Part shown: positions 19,408-30,313 of the stretch, in pieces
Layout of the letters: every line of letters starts with the position of its first letter
How positions within the stretch are numbered: the first letter of the stretch is position 1
Assembly (NCBI GenBank): GCA_043825775.1
Contig: JBDRRK010000013.1
Coordinates: 6,463-70,462 of the forward strand
Direction of reading: 5' to 3'
From: an archaeon
GTDB taxonomy: Archaea > Nanobdellota > Nanobdellia > SCGC-AAA011-G17 > GW2011-AR17
DNA: 64,000 nucleotides
The notes under the pieces: generated by a model
Database searches by the model: none
What the model saw: the letters and a program-made list of their open reading frames with translations, nothing else
Told to the model about the DNA's origin: nothing
Translations under genes and position numbers: made by a program

Positions 19408-21206
19408 GTGATGTATACATAGATGAAAAATATGTAGGAACTATAGATAATCCTAAAGAGTTTGCTAAAACACTTAGAGGGGAGAGAAGGAAACAAAAAT
19501 TATCTGGTTCTATTAATGTTGCTTATGATGCTGAATATGATGAGATTAATGTTCATACTTGTTCTGGTAGAGCTAGAAGACCTTTGATACTTGTTGAGAA
19601 TGGAAAACCATTACTTACTGAAGAACATCTTAAAAAAATTGGAAATAATGAAATGTCTTGGAATGATTTAGTTGAGCAAGGAATAATTGAATATCTTGAT
19701 GCTGATGAAGAAGAGAATACATTAGTTGCTTTAACTGAAAGACAATTAAATAAAGAAACTACTCATATGGAAATAGATCCAATTGCAATTTTAGGTTTGA
19801 CAACTTCATTAGTTCCTTATGCTAATTTTGGTCAGTCTTCAAGATTGAATAGAGGTTCTAAAACACAGAAACAATCTTTAGGAATGTACGCAACAAATTA
19901 TTTATTAAGACTTGATACTGATATTTCTATTTTACAATATCCTCAAAGACCAATTGTACAAAGTTTTATGCATGAGGTTATTAAATTTGACAAACATCCT
20001 ACAGGACAAAATATTACAATTGCGATTATGAGTTTTGATGGATATAACATGCAGGATGCTTTAATTATTAACAAAGGTTCTATACAGAGAGGATTAGCAA
20101 GATCATTTTATTTTAGGCCTTACAAGGCTGATGAATTAAGATATCAAGGTGGATTGATTGATGAGATTGGAATTCCTGATAAAGAAGTTAAAGGTTATAA
20201 AAGCGAAGAAGATTATAGATATTTAGAAGATGATGGTATAATCTATCCAGAAGCTAAAGTTCATGAGGGTGATGTTGTTATTGGTAAAACCTCTCCACCT
20301 AGATTTTTAGGAGAGATGGAAGAGTTTTCAATTGCAGCTAATACTAGAAGAGAAAGTTCTGTTACAATCAGAGCTGGAGAACAGGGCGTTGTTGATATGA
20401 TTCTTTTAACTGAAAATGAAGAAGGAAATAAATTAGTTCAAATGAGAATGAGGCATCAAAGGATTCCAGAACCAGGAGATAAATTTGCTTCAAGATATGG
20501 ACAGAAAGGAGTTATTGGAAGAATTGTTCCTGAAACTGATATGCCTTTTACCGTATCTGGAATTGTTCCAGATCTTATTTTTTCCCCACATTCAATTCCA
20601 TCAAGGATGACTATTTCACACTTAATTGAAGTTATTGGTGGTAAGGTTGGTGCAATGGGTGGAAGATATATTAATGGTACAACATTTTCAGCCGAAGCTG
20701 AAGCTGATTTAAGAAAAGAATTACTAACTGTGGGTTTTAGAGAGAATGGAACTGAAAAGATGTATAATGGTATTACTGGAGAAGAATTTAAAGCTCAAAT
20801 TTTTGTTGGAAATATGTATTATCAGAAACTGAAATATATGGTTGCTAACAAAATGCACGCAAGAGCTAGTGGAAGAATCCAGTTATTAACAAGACAGCCT
20901 ATTGAAGGAAGAAGTAAGGGTGGAGGATTGAGACTTGGAGAGATGGAGAAAGACTGTTTAGTTGCTCATGGAGCTTCATTATTATTAAAAGAAAGATTTG
21001 ATTCAGATAAAACTACATTACATGTTTGTGAAAGTTGTGGAATGATTGCAATTTTTGATAATATTAGGAAGAGAGGAACTTGTCCTAAGTGTGGAGTAAA
21101 CGCTGAAGTTAATGCAGTTGAGATAAGTTATGCTTTCAAATTGTTGTTAGACGAATTAAAATCATTAGGGATATATCCTAAATTAGGATTAAAAAACAAG
21201 TACTAA
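19404..21206 (+). CDS. rpoB1: RNA polymerase subunit B'
   Basis: GDKFASRYGQKG, GGLRLGEME, C-terminal Zn finger. Confidence 0.97.
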   Translation: MSDVYIDEKYVGTIDNPKEFAKTLRGERRKQKLSGSINVAYDAEYDEINVHTCSGRARRPLILVENGKPLLTEEHLKKIGNNEMSWNDLVEQGIIEYLDADEEENTLVALTERQLNKETTHMEIDPIAILGLTTSLVPYANFGQSSRLNRGSKTQKQSLGMYATNYLLRLDTDISILQYPQRPIVQSFMHEVIKFDKHPTGQNITIAIMSFDGYNMQDALIINKGSIQRGLARSFYFRPYKADELRYQGGLIDEIGIPDKEVKGYKSEEDYRYLEDDGIIYPEAKVHEGDVVIGKTSPPRFLGEMEEFSIAANTRRESSVTIRAGEQGVVDMILLTENEEGNKLVQMRMRHQRIPEPGDKFASRYGQKGVIGRIVPETDMPFTVSGIVPDLIFSPHSIPSRMTISHLIEVIGGKVGAMGGRYINGTTFSAEAEADLRKELLTVGFRENGTEKMYNGITGEEFKAQIFVGNMYYQKLKYMVANKMHARASGRIQLLTRQPIEGRSKGGGLRLGEMEKDCLVAHGASLLLKERFDSDKTTLHVCESCGMIAIFDNIRKRGTCPKCGVNAEVNAVEISYAFKLLLDELKSLGIYPKLGLKNKY

Positions 21207-21207
21207 A

Positions 21208-23829
21208 ATGGACAGAACAGTATACAAAAAAATAAAGAACATTTCATTTAGTCTATTGTCACCTCAACAGATTAAGAAAATGGCTCATGCTAAAATAGTA
21301 ACTGCTGAGCTTTATGATAAAGAGGGTTATCCTGTTGATGGTGGATTGATGGATGTTAGACTAGGAGTTATTGATCCTGGATTAAGATGTAGAACTTGTT
21401 CTGGAAAATTGAAAGAATGTTTAGGCCACTTTGGTTACATTGAACTAGCTAGACCTGTTATTCATATTAAATTTATTAAAGTGTTGCATGTTGCATTACA
21501 ATCAACTTGTAAAGATTGTGGTAGAATATTACTAGATGATGAAGATATTGCTAAATACAAGACAAAATTAGAAACTTTGGAAAGCCAAGGAAAGTTAAAA
21601 GAAGCAGATAGGATTAATAGAATTGTAAGAACTAATGCTAAAGGAATTAAAAAATGTCCTCATTGTAAGGCAAAACAGATGCCTGTCAAATTAGAAAAGC
21701 CTACAAGTTTTATGGAGGATAATAAAAGGGTTAGTCCAATTGAGGTTAGATCAAGAGTAGAAAAAATTACTGATGAAGATTTACATCTAATAGGTGTTAA
21801 TCCTAAAGTTGCAAGACCTGAATGGATGATTGTAACTATCTTTCCAATTCCACCTGTAACAATCAGACCTTCTATTACTTTAGAATCTGGAGAAAGATCT
21901 GAAGATGATTTAACACACAAGTTAAGTGATATTGTTAGAATTAACCAAAGATTGTTTGAAAATATTAATGCAGGTGCTCCTGAAATTATTGTAGAAGACC
22001 TTTGGGATTTATTACAATATCATATTACAACCTTCTTTGATAATAATATTGCACAGGTTCCTCCAGCTAGACATAGATCTGGACAGCCTTTGAAAACAAT
22101 TACTGAAAGAATTAAGAGTAAAGAAGGAAGATTTAGACATAATCTTGCTGGTAAAAGAGTTAACTTTGCTGCAAGAACTGTTATATCCCCTGATCCTAAG
22201 ATTGAATTTAACGAGGTGGGAGTTCCAATAGAAATTGCAATGGAATTAAGTGTTCCTGAAAGAGTTACTGAGTGGAATATTGAATGGTTAAAAGAATTTG
22301 TTAAAAATGGTCCTAAAAAATATCCTGGAGCAAATATTGTTATTGTTGATAATGTGAAGAAAAAAAGAATTACTCCTGAAACTCAAGAGGTAATATTAGA
22401 TGAATTAGCTCCTGGACAAATTGTTGAAAGACATTTGATTGATGGGGATATTTCTATATTTAACAGGCAGCCTTCTTTGCACAGAATGTCTATTATGTGT
22501 CATAAAGTTAAAGTTCTTCCAGGAAAATCATTTAGATTAAATCCAGCTGTTTGTAATCCTTATAACGCTGACTTTGATGGAGATGAGATGAACTTACATA
22601 TTCCTCAAACAGAAGAGGCTAGAGCTGAAGCTGAGATATTAATGGAAGTTGAAACTCAAATTATTAGTCCAAAGCATGGATTAAATGTTATTGGATGTAT
22701 TGAAGATTCTATTACTGGTAATTACTTGCTAACAAAGAAAGTAAATACCCTGAGCAAAGAAGAGGCTGTTAGTCTTTTGATGAGTGTAGGTGTTCAAAAT
22801 ACAGAAAAGATGAGTAAATTCAAAAAAGAAGTTACTGGTAAAGAAATATTTTCTGCATTGTTACCTAATGATTTTAGTTCAATTGGAAATTCCAAAGCAT
22901 GTAAAAAATGTGCTACTTGTGATAGAAAGAAATGTAAAGATGATTGTTATATTGTTATCGAAAAAGGAGATTTAGTTTGTGGAACAATTGATACTAATAC
23001 AATTGGTGAAGGAAAAGGCACTGTATTAAGAGATATTCATAGATTATACAATGAAAAACAATGTGTTGATTTATTTGGTAAGATCTTCAAGTTAGGTATT
23101 GCATATCTAATGAAGAGAGGATTTACAATTACAACTTCCGATGCTGATATTCCTGAAAATGTGAGAGTTAAAGCTAAAGTATTGCTAAAAGATACAATAA
23201 AAAGTGTTGATTCTTTAATTAGTAAATATTACCAAGGAAACTTAAAAGCATTTTCTTCAAAAACAGAAAAAGAAACATTAGAATTAATGATTTTACAAAA
23301 ATTGAACGAAGCAAGAAATAAAATTGGAGAGATGATTTCTCACAGTTCAAGTGATACTAATAATGCAATTATCATGGCTACTGCTGGTGCAAAGGGTAAT
23401 ATCTTAAACATTGCTCAGACTGCAGTTGTTGTTGGTCAACAGTCCTTGAGAGGGAAAAGGATTGAAAAAGGATACAAAGACAGAACCCTATCTTTATTTG
23501 ATAAAACTGATTTAGGTCCTGAAGCTCATGGATTTGTAAGACATTCATATAAAAAAGGATTGAATCCTGTTGAGTTTTTCTTCCACGCTATGACTGGAAG
23601 AGATTCACTTATGGATACTGCTCTAAGAACTCCTAAATCAGGATATTTATATAGAAGATTGGCTAATGCATTACAAGACTTAAGAGTTGAATATGATTAT
23701 ACTGTTAGAGATGCAAATAGAACAATTGTACAGTTTACTTATGGAGATGATAATATTGATGTTTCAAGATCAGAAAATGGAACTATTAATGTTAAAAAAA
23801 TAATTGCAGAGGTAATTGAAGAAAAATGA
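21208..23829 (+). CDS. rpoA1: RNA polymerase subunit A'
   Basis: Catalytic NADFDGDEMN, FNRQPSLH. Confidence 0.98.
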   Translation: MDRTVYKKIKNISFSLLSPQQIKKMAHAKIVTAELYDKEGYPVDGGLMDVRLGVIDPGLRCRTCSGKLKECLGHFGYIELARPVIHIKFIKVLHVALQSTCKDCGRILLDDEDIAKYKTKLETLESQGKLKEADRINRIVRTNAKGIKKCPHCKAKQMPVKLEKPTSFMEDNKRVSPIEVRSRVEKITDEDLHLIGVNPKVARPEWMIVTIFPIPPVTIRPSITLESGERSEDDLTHKLSDIVRINQRLFENINAGAPEIIVEDLWDLLQYHITTFFDNNIAQVPPARHRSGQPLKTITERIKSKEGRFRHNLAGKRVNFAARTVISPDPKIEFNEVGVPIEIAMELSVPERVTEWNIEWLKEFVKNGPKKYPGANIVIVDNVKKKRITPETQEVILDELAPGQIVERHLIDGDISIFNRQPSLHRMSIMCHKVKVLPGKSFRLNPAVCNPYNADFDGDEMNLHIPQTEEARAEAEILMEVETQIISPKHGLNVIGCIEDSITGNYLLTKKVNTLSKEEAVSLLMSVGVQNTEKMSKFKKEVTGKEIFSALLPNDFSSIGNSKACKKCATCDRKKCKDDCYIVIEKGDLVCGTIDTNTIGEGKGTVLRDIHRLYNEKQCVDLFGKIFKLGIAYLMKRGFTITTSDADIPENVRVKAKVLLKDTIKSVDSLISKYYQGNLKAFSSKTEKETLELMILQKLNEARNKIGEMISHSSSDTNNAIIMATAGAKGNILNIAQTAVVVGQQSLRGKRIEKGYKDRTLSLFDKTDLGPEAHGFVRHSYKKGLNPVEFFFHAMTGRDSLMDTALRTPKSGYLYRRLANALQDLRVEYDYTVRDANRTIVQFTYGDDNIDVSRSENGTINVKKIIAEVIEEK

Positions 23830-24980
23830 TTGATGATTTAATTAAAAAGTATAAAGAAATAGGATTACCAATTACTTTACTTAACCAAATTAAAGAAGAA
23901 ACTAAAGATAAAAATTTAACTAAAAAACAGTTAGAAAGAGTTTTCGAAAAATTAGAAGAAAAATATAAATATGCAAAAATCCAACCTGGAGAGGCTATTG
24001 GTGTTGTTACTGCAGAATCTTTTGGGGAACCAGGTACACAGATGACATTGAGAACTTTTCATTTTGCAGGTGTTTCTGAAGTAAATGTTACTCTTGGTTT
24101 ACCAAGGCTTATTGAATTGTTTGATGCTAGGAAAAATCCTTCAACTCCATTAATGGAAATTTATTTGAATAAACCTTATAATAAAGATGAAAAATATCTA
24201 GAAAAAATAATTGGAAAGATTGCAGAGATTAAATTAGAAGAAATAATGTCTGAAATATCAATTAATTTATTAAAATCAACAATTGAATTTAAAGTTAATA
24301 AAAAAAGATTGAAAGATTTAGGAATTAAAGAAGAAGAAGTATTGAAAGCTGTTAAGGATCATTCAAAAACAATTGAAGTTTCACAAAGAGATGATTCTTA
24401 TATTATTTCTCCAAAGAATAAAGAGGGAGGATTACCAGTTGTTTATCTATTAAAAGAAAAAATTAAAGCTATTAACATAAGAGGTACTTTGGGTGTTTTA
24501 CAAGTTCTTCCTAAAAAAGTAGGAAATGAAATTATGTTGCTTGCTTCAGGTACAAATTTGAAAGATGTTTTTAATATTGAAGAAGTTGATGCTTCAAGAA
24601 CAATATCAAATCATATTTTTGAAGTTGAAAAAGTTTTAGGTATTGAAGCTGCAAGACGTGCTATAATTGAAGAAAGTTCTAGGGTTATTAAGGAACAAGG
24701 TTTAGATATTGATAAAAGACATATTATGTTTATCTCTGATTTAATGACTGTAAGTGGATCAATTAAAGGAATTACAAGAAGTGGGATTACAAGTGAAAAA
24801 GACTCTGTTTTAGCAAGAGCCTCTTTTGAAACTCCTATTAAGCATTTAATTAATGCTTGTTTGAAAGGAGAAACAGATAATTTAACTTCTGTAGTTGAAA
24901 ATGTTATGTTGAATCAACCAGTTCCATTAGGTACAGGACTTCCTGGTCTGATTACAAAAGTTAAGGGTGAAAAGAAATGA
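23826..24980 (+). CDS. rpoA2: RNA polymerase subunit A''
   Basis: GEPGTQMTLRTFH, GLPRL, ARASFET. Confidence 0.97.
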   Translation: MIDDLIKKYKEIGLPITLLNQIKEETKDKNLTKKQLERVFEKLEEKYKYAKIQPGEAIGVVTAESFGEPGTQMTLRTFHFAGVSEVNVTLGLPRLIELFDARKNPSTPLMEIYLNKPYNKDEKYLEKIIGKIAEIKLEEIMSEISINLLKSTIEFKVNKKRLKDLGIKEEEVLKAVKDHSKTIEVSQRDDSYIISPKNKEGGLPVVYLLKEKIKAINIRGTLGVLQVLPKKVGNEIMLLASGTNLKDVFNIEEVDASRTISNHIFEVEKVLGIEAARRAIIEESSRVIKEQGLDIDKRHIMFISDLMTVSGSIKGITRSGITSEKDSVLARASFETPIKHLINACLKGETDNLTSVVENVMLNQPVPLGTGLPGLITKVKGEKK

Positions 24981-25225
24981 ACGATTTAAAAAAAGCAGTT
25001 AAAGAAAAAGAGTTAACTTTGGGTAGCAAGAAAACTCTAGACAAAATCAAACAAGGAAAAGTAAAAGTGGTGTACTTGGCAAATGATTGTAAAGCTGATG
25101 TTAAAAGGGATATCATGCAATTAGCAAAAGTTTCAGATATAAAGATTAAAGAACTAGATATCAATGGGATAGAATTGGGCACACTTGTTAAGAAACAATT
25201 TTCAGTTTCTGTTTTGAGCTATTAA
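24977..25225 (+). CDS. rpl30e: 50S ribosomal protein L30e
   Basis: L7Ae/L30e fold pattern at its canonical operon position. Confidence 0.85.
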   Translation: MNDLKKAVKEKELTLGSKKTLDKIKQGKVKVVYLANDCKADVKRDIMQLAKVSDIKIKELDINGIELGTLVKKQFSVSVLSY

Positions 25226-25226
25226 A

Positions 25227-25634
25227 ATGATAACATTAGATCAAGAAATAATCGGTTTTATTAATGTTTTTGAGAGAACTACAAATGCTTCTGTAAAAGA
25301 TTGTTTTAAAGAGGAAGAAGGTTTGGTTTTTGTTGTTCAACCAGGTCAAGTTGGAAAAGCAATTGGTAAACAAGGTTCAAATATTAGAAAATTGGGCGCT
25401 TTGTTTAAGAAAAGAATAAGAATAATTGAATTTAATCCAATTCCTGAAAAGTTTTTTCTTAGTTTAATTTATCCTAATAGACCAAAAAAAGTTAATGTTG
25501 AAGAAGATATTTTGAAAGTTGTTTGTGAGGATAATAAACAAAAAGGACAAATTTTTGGTAGGGATAGAAGTAATTTAAAGAAGGTACAGGATATTTTTAA
25601 TAAGTACTTTAAGTTAAAGATTGTTCTTGAATAG
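25227..25634 (+). CDS. nusA: Archaeal NusA (KH domains)
   Basis: GKAIGKQGSN, GRDRSN; canonical operon position. Confidence 0.9.
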   Translation: MITLDQEIIGFINVFERTTNASVKDCFKEEEGLVFVVQPGQVGKAIGKQGSNIRKLGALFKKRIRIIEFNPIPEKFFLSLIYPNRPKKVNVEEDILKVVCEDNKQKGQIFGRDRSNLKKVQDIFNKYFKLKIVLE

Positions 25635-25670
25635 AAACCTTTAAAAAGCCCGAAATTTCCCCAAATAGAA

Positions 25671-26108
25671 ATGGCTAAGAAAAGTAAAGGATTGAATGCA
25701 GGTAAAAAATTACAAGATAGAAGAAATGCTGCAAGATGGAAAAAGAATGTTTACAAAAGAAGAAAACTTGGTCTAAAAGCTAAGGCTGATCCGTTGAAGG
25801 GAGCTTCTCAAGCTAAAGCTATTGTTTTAGAAAAGATTCAATTGGAAGCTAAACAGCCAAACTCAGCTATGAGAAAGTGTGTTAGATGTCAATTGATTAA
25901 AAATGGAAAAAAAGTTACTGCTTTTGTTCCTGGTTATAATGCTATTAAACTTATTGATGAACATGATGAGATTATGATTGAGTGTATTGGTGGTAAGATG
26001 GGAAGGGCTAAAGGAGATATTCCTTGTGTTAGATGGCACATAATTAAAGTTAATGATCAATCTTTGAATGCATTAGTTAGAGGAAAAATAGAAAAAGGTA
26101 GAAGATGA
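25671..26108 (+). CDS. rps12: 30S ribosomal protein S12 (uS12)
   Basis: [17 protein letters not shown]. Confidence 0.97.
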   Translation: MAKKSKGLNAGKKLQDRRNAARWKKNVYKRRKLGLKAKADPLKGASQAKAIVLEKIQLEAKQPNSAMRKCVRCQLIKNGKKVTAFVPGYNAIKLIDEHDEIMIECIGGKMGRAKGDIPCVRWHIIKVNDQSLNALVRGKIEKGRR

Positions 26109-26704
26109 GTGAGATAAAATTATTCAATAGATGGGAAACTGGACATATTGTTGTAGGTGATCCTGGTTTGAAGAGATATATAAATCTTAGACCTATTATT
26201 GTTCCTAAAACTGGTGGAAGAAATGTTAAAACTCAATTTTGGAAATCAAAAAATCATGTGGTTGAAAGATTAATTAATAAAGTTATGATTCCTGGACATA
26301 AAGGGAAGAAACATAAAATTAGTTCTGGACATAATACTGGTAAAGGTGTGAAAGCTTATCAGATTATTGAAACAACATTTACAATTATTGAAACTAAAAT
26401 GAAAAAAAATCCAGTTGAAGTTTTTGTTAAGGCTCTTGAAAATGCAGCTCCAAGAGAAGAGATTACTACAATTGAATATGGGGGAGCTAGATATCCTAAG
26501 GCTGTTGAGTGTGCCCCACAAAGAAGAATTGATTATGCTTTAAGACTAATGACTCAGGGTGCTTATGCAAAGTCATTTGGAAAAAAGATTGCTATTGAAA
26601 ATGCACTTGCTGATGAGATAATGAAAGCTTACCAAGAGGATCAAAGTTCAAATGCTATTGGTAAAAAGCTAGAATTAGAAAGACAGTCTGATGCTTCTAG
26701 GTAG
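26105..26704 (+). CDS. rps7: 30S ribosomal protein S7 (uS7)
   Basis: NAAPREE, APQRRID, LADEI. Confidence 0.97.
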   Translation: MSEIKLFNRWETGHIVVGDPGLKRYINLRPIIVPKTGGRNVKTQFWKSKNHVVERLINKVMIPGHKGKKHKISSGHNTGKGVKAYQIIETTFTIIETKMKKNPVEVFVKALENAAPREEITTIEYGGARYPKAVECAPQRRIDYALRLMTQGAYAKSFGKKIAIENALADEIMKAYQEDQSSNAIGKKLELERQSDASR

Positions 26705-26743
26705 AAACCTTTATAAAGCCTAAATTATCCATTTCTATTAAAT

Positions 26744-28549
26744 ATGGCTAAAAAATCCTTAAAAAAACCAGTAAAGGTAGAGAGTCCTTTAAATCTTCCA
26801 AATTTACCCAAATTAACTCCTGAAGTGCAGGAAAAAATGGATAAATTAAAGGTTAAATTGGACAAATATAAAGACGAAGTTCTGAAAAAATTTGATAAGT
26901 ATATTATTGGAATTTCACTATTACCTCCACAAATTCCTAAGCAAGGACAAAAACCAGTTGATACTAAAGAGGTTCATATCTTTACTCTTGTTGATGATGG
27001 TGATGTTAAGAAGATGGGCAAGGGTGAATTGATTATGAGGATGACTGATATTACCAATAAAATTGCTAGTGATATTGATAAGGATTTTAAACCTCAGGTT
27101 ATGCTTATTTCTGAAGTAAAGGAGGCTTGTTTTGATGGAAAATGGGATTTACTTAAGATGATTGCAACTTCTGGGATTATTTATGATAGAGGTTTTTTAG
27201 GAGCTATTAAAGTTTCAGATGTTCACAAGGATATGGCTGTAAAGAAATTTGAAAAGTATGTTATTAGTTATATTGCTGTAGGATCTTTATTTAGAGGAGA
27301 TGCAAATCCAAATGATATTGATGTTGCAATTGTTATTGATGATACTGATGTTAAGAAAATGTCAAGATTGGAATTAAGAGATAAATTAAGAGCTATTATT
27401 CAAAATATGGGCTTTGAAGCTTCACAAGTTACTGGAGTTAAAGCACAGTTTCATATACAAACATATATTCTAACTGATTTCTGGGATTCATTAAAGGATG
27501 CTAATCCTGTTATTTTTACAATGCTTAGAGATGGTGTACCTCTTTATGATAGAGGTGTATTTATGCCTTGGAAATTATTATTACAGATGGGTAAAATTAA
27601 ACCTAGTCCAGAAGCAATTGATATGAATATGGAAATTGGAGATAAATTACTTGCAAGAACTAGACAGAAATTATTATCTGTTGTTGGAGAGGATATGTAT
27701 TATGCAATGTTGAATCCTGCACAAGCAGCTTTAATGTTGTATGGAGTTCCACCACCAACTCATAAAGAAACTGCTCCTTTGATGGAAGAAATTTTTGTTA
27801 AGAAAGAAAAGTTGTTGGAACAAAAATATGTTGATTTTGTTGCAAGAGCTGTGAAATCATTTAAAGATATTGAACATGGCAGAGTTAAATCTGTAAGTGG
27901 TGCTGATATTGATAATTTATTGAAAGATGCTGAAGATTACTTGAAAAGAATTAAAAAATTATTTGAAGAAATTGAGAAAAGAAGAGAGAGAGAAAGTATT
28001 GTAGAAATACATGATACTTGTATGGGGTTAGCAAAGGATTTAATTGGAAAGAATGTTGCTGAATCAAAAGTATTGAGTGAATTCAAAAAAGTTTGTGAAA
28101 AAGAAAAGATTCCAAACTCTTATGTTAAAGTTATTAAAGATGTTATACAAGCAAAGAAAGATTATGTTTCAGGAAAAATGTCAAAACAAGAAATGAATAA
28201 GATTAAGAAAGAGGCTAGAAATTTTATTAGAATAATTGTTGAACATTTACAACGGAAAAAAATGCATGATATTGAAAGAGTTAGATTTAGATTCAAATAT
28301 GGTAAGAAATTTGGAGAGATTGTTCTATTGAATGGAAATGCTTATATTGTTAAAGATTTGGAGAAGAAAGATCAGCTGTTTAAGGCTAAGATTAATAAGG
28401 ATGGGAGCCTAGAAATGGCTAAAAAGAGCTCTTTAGAGGAAATGGAGAAGGAAATAGCTAAAGGATTTGGACAGAAAATCTTTATAAATGATAAGATTTT
28501 TCAAAGTCTGAACCAAATCGTTGGTAAAGATGTGGAGATCATGATTTAA
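26744..28549 (+). CDS. Tandem nucleotidyltransferase-domain and HEPN-domain protein
   Basis: VGSLFRG...DIDVAIVIDD NTase motif; an earlier degenerate copy (LVDDGDVKKM vs VIDDTDVKKM); YYAMLNPAQAALMLYG HEPN-like helix. Confidence 0.75.
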   Translation: MAKKSLKKPVKVESPLNLPNLPKLTPEVQEKMDKLKVKLDKYKDEVLKKFDKYIIGISLLPPQIPKQGQKPVDTKEVHIFTLVDDGDVKKMGKGELIMRMTDITNKIASDIDKDFKPQVMLISEVKEACFDGKWDLLKMIATSGIIYDRGFLGAIKVSDVHKDMAVKKFEKYVISYIAVGSLFRGDANPNDIDVAIVIDDTDVKKMSRLELRDKLRAIIQNMGFEASQVTGVKAQFHIQTYILTDFWDSLKDANPVIFTMLRDGVPLYDRGVFMPWKLLLQMGKIKPSPEAIDMNMEIGDKLLARTRQKLLSVVGEDMYYAMLNPAQAALMLYGVPPPTHKETAPLMEEIFVKKEKLLEQKYVDFVARAVKSFKDIEHGRVKSVSGADIDNLLKDAEDYLKRIKKLFEEIEKRRERESIVEIHDTCMGLAKDLIGKNVAESKVLSEFKKVCEKEKIPNSYVKVIKDVIQAKKDYVSGKMSKQEMNKIKKEARNFIRIIVEHLQRKKMHDIERVRFRFKYGKKFGEIVLLNGNAYIVKDLEKKDQLFKAKINKDGSLEMAKKSSLEEMEKEIAKGFGQKIFINDKIFQSLNQIVGKDVEIMI

Positions 28550-28550
28550 G

Positions 28551-28808
28551 ATGGAAGGTTTAGTAAATAACTTCAGACAAGGGAGACATACCGTCTACCA
28601 TAACCATATTATAATTAGTGTAAAATCTATTGATAGTAGAGATAAAGCTGAAAAATTAGTTGGTAAGGAAGTCGTGTTTAAAACACAAACTGGAAAGGAA
28701 ATTAAAGGTAAAGTTGCTTCAGCCCATGGAAATGGGGGTTGTCTTAGAGTTATTTTTGAAAGAGGTCTACCTGGTCAATCTATTGGTCAGAAGGTGGAGG
28801 TTAACTAA
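28551..28808 (+). CDS. rpl35ae: 50S ribosomal protein L35Ae
   Basis: GKV...HGNGG...RVIFERGLPGQ. Confidence 0.92.
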   Translation: MEGLVNNFRQGRHTVYHNHIIISVKSIDSRDKAEKLVGKEVVFKTQTGKEIKGKVASAHGNGGCLRVIFERGLPGQSIGQKVEVN

Positions 28809-29320
28809 TGGTAGGGCTGAGACCTTTTTGTTGTTATAGAAAAGTTAAAAGAGCTTATACTAGAAAGTCTAAGTATAAATCTAAAGGTTTTATAAAATCT
28901 GTTCCTGTTAGTAAAATTGTTAAGTTTAATTTTGGTGATCTTAAGAGAGATTTTTCAAAAAAGGTTAATTTATTGTCTAAACAAAGAATTCAAATAAGAC
29001 ACAATGCAATTGAATCAGCTAGGGTTATGGTTGTTCGACAATTAAACAAGACAATTGGAAAAAATTATCATTTTCAAATTAGAATCTATCCACATCATGT
29101 TTTAAGAGAGAACAAGATGATTACAGGAGCTGGAGCAGATAGGATGCAGACTGGAATGCAGCATGCATTTGGTAAGGCTATGGGTCTTGCTGCACAGGTT
29201 AAACCTAAACAAGCATTGTTTACTGTTTATGTTGATAAAGAAGGTGTTGATGCTGCTAGAAAAGCTTTACAGGCTTGTGCTTCTAAACTTCCTTGTAAAT
29301 GTGGTGTAGAAATAGTTTAG
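28808..29320 (+). CDS. rpl10e: 50S ribosomal protein L10e/uL16
   Basis: RIYPHHVLRENKM, GAGADRMQTGM. Confidence 0.96.
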   Translation: MVGLRPFCCYRKVKRAYTRKSKYKSKGFIKSVPVSKIVKFNFGDLKRDFSKKVNLLSKQRIQIRHNAIESARVMVVRQLNKTIGKNYHFQIRIYPHHVLRENKMITGAGADRMQTGMQHAFGKAMGLAAQVKPKQALFTVYVDKEGVDAARKALQACASKLPCKCGVEIV

Positions 29321-29384
29321 TTGTTATTTTGTAGTAATTATAAAAAGGAAGTTTTATAAACTACAGATTAATTCTAAAAATAAA

Positions 29385-29678
29385 ATGAAGAGAATATCTA
29401 CAACAATAAGTCTTGGAGCTTTAGTATTATCTTTAACTGGCTGTAGCACTAAAATAGATCCAGAAGTCACAAATTCAGAAGAAATTATTGTAAAAATATC
29501 TGATGGTTTTGTATATCAAGGAATTATACATCATCAAGAAGGATTAACTCAGTATTATAGTGTGGCTTTAGGAGATATGGATGGTGATGGTGACTTAGAT
29601 ATTATAGCTGTTACTACTAATAATATCCACTATATAGAAAACAATCTTCCTCAAAAAACTAATAATATTCTTAAGTAA
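29385..29678 (+). CDS. Small lipoprotein with one FG-GAP/VCBS Ca-binding repeat
   Basis: Lipobox LTGC; GDMDGDGDLDI. Confidence 0.7.
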   Translation: MKRISTTISLGALVLSLTGCSTKIDPEVTNSEEIIVKISDGFVYQGIIHHQEGLTQYYSVALGDMDGDGDLDIIAVTTNNIHYIENNLPQKTNNILK

Positions 29679-30111
29679 AAAAAGAAAAGAATTTTGTTGT
29701 CATTGTTATTGCTTTTAATTTCATTTTCTTACCAAAACTATCTGTTTCATATGAAATATCTTCATTCTTTAATGCTTGTTGTAATGCATCAATAGGACTT
29801 TCAGAGTTTTGAATGTTATCTATTGTTTCTTTTGAAGTGTATACAGATATTGTTGGTTCTGTTGCTGTTCCTTGATCAACTTCTGTTACTTCACCTTTTT
29901 CTGTAATAACATGTAAGGTTAGAACTGTATCTTGATCAGTTGTAATGTAAAGGTTTATTCTTTCATCATGGAACATTGCATTTGCTAATCCTGTTAGCTT
30001 TTGTCCTTCAAGTTCTTGGAACTCTTGGATTTGAGTTATATCTTCTTCTGTTATTGCCATTACAGTTGGTAAAATTAGCAATATTGTTAGTATAATCAGT
30101 AGTTTTTTCAT
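29671..30111 (-). CDS. Secreted hypothetical protein (possible SCP2-like fold)
   Basis: Signal peptide followed by an acidic domain; fold is a guess. Confidence 0.55.
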   Translation of the reverse strand: MKKLLIILTILLILPTVMAITEEDITQIQEFQELEGQKLTGLANAMFHDERINLYITTDQDTVLTLHVITEKGEVTEVDQGTATEPTISVYTSKETIDNIQNSESPIDALQQALKNEDISYETDSFGKKMKLKAITMTTKFFSFFT

Positions 30112-30313
30112 TTTAATGAGTAGAAGGGATAATTGTTTATATAGTTTTTTGTTGATTTTAAAAGGAAGTCATTTTTGGCTTATTTTCAGAAAAAGTATAG
30201 TAAACTGTTGTTCTTTGATTTATATGATTGAGAATATAGGTTTTATTTTAAATTAGAAAGGTTTTTATATAACTAGTTTTCATTAGCAAATTGTTCTTTA
30301 AAAAATTATAGAG

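Noticed and set aside
17923-24980. Split rpoB and rpoA as a novelty
   Set aside because: The B''/B' and A'/A'' splits are established archaeal arrangements
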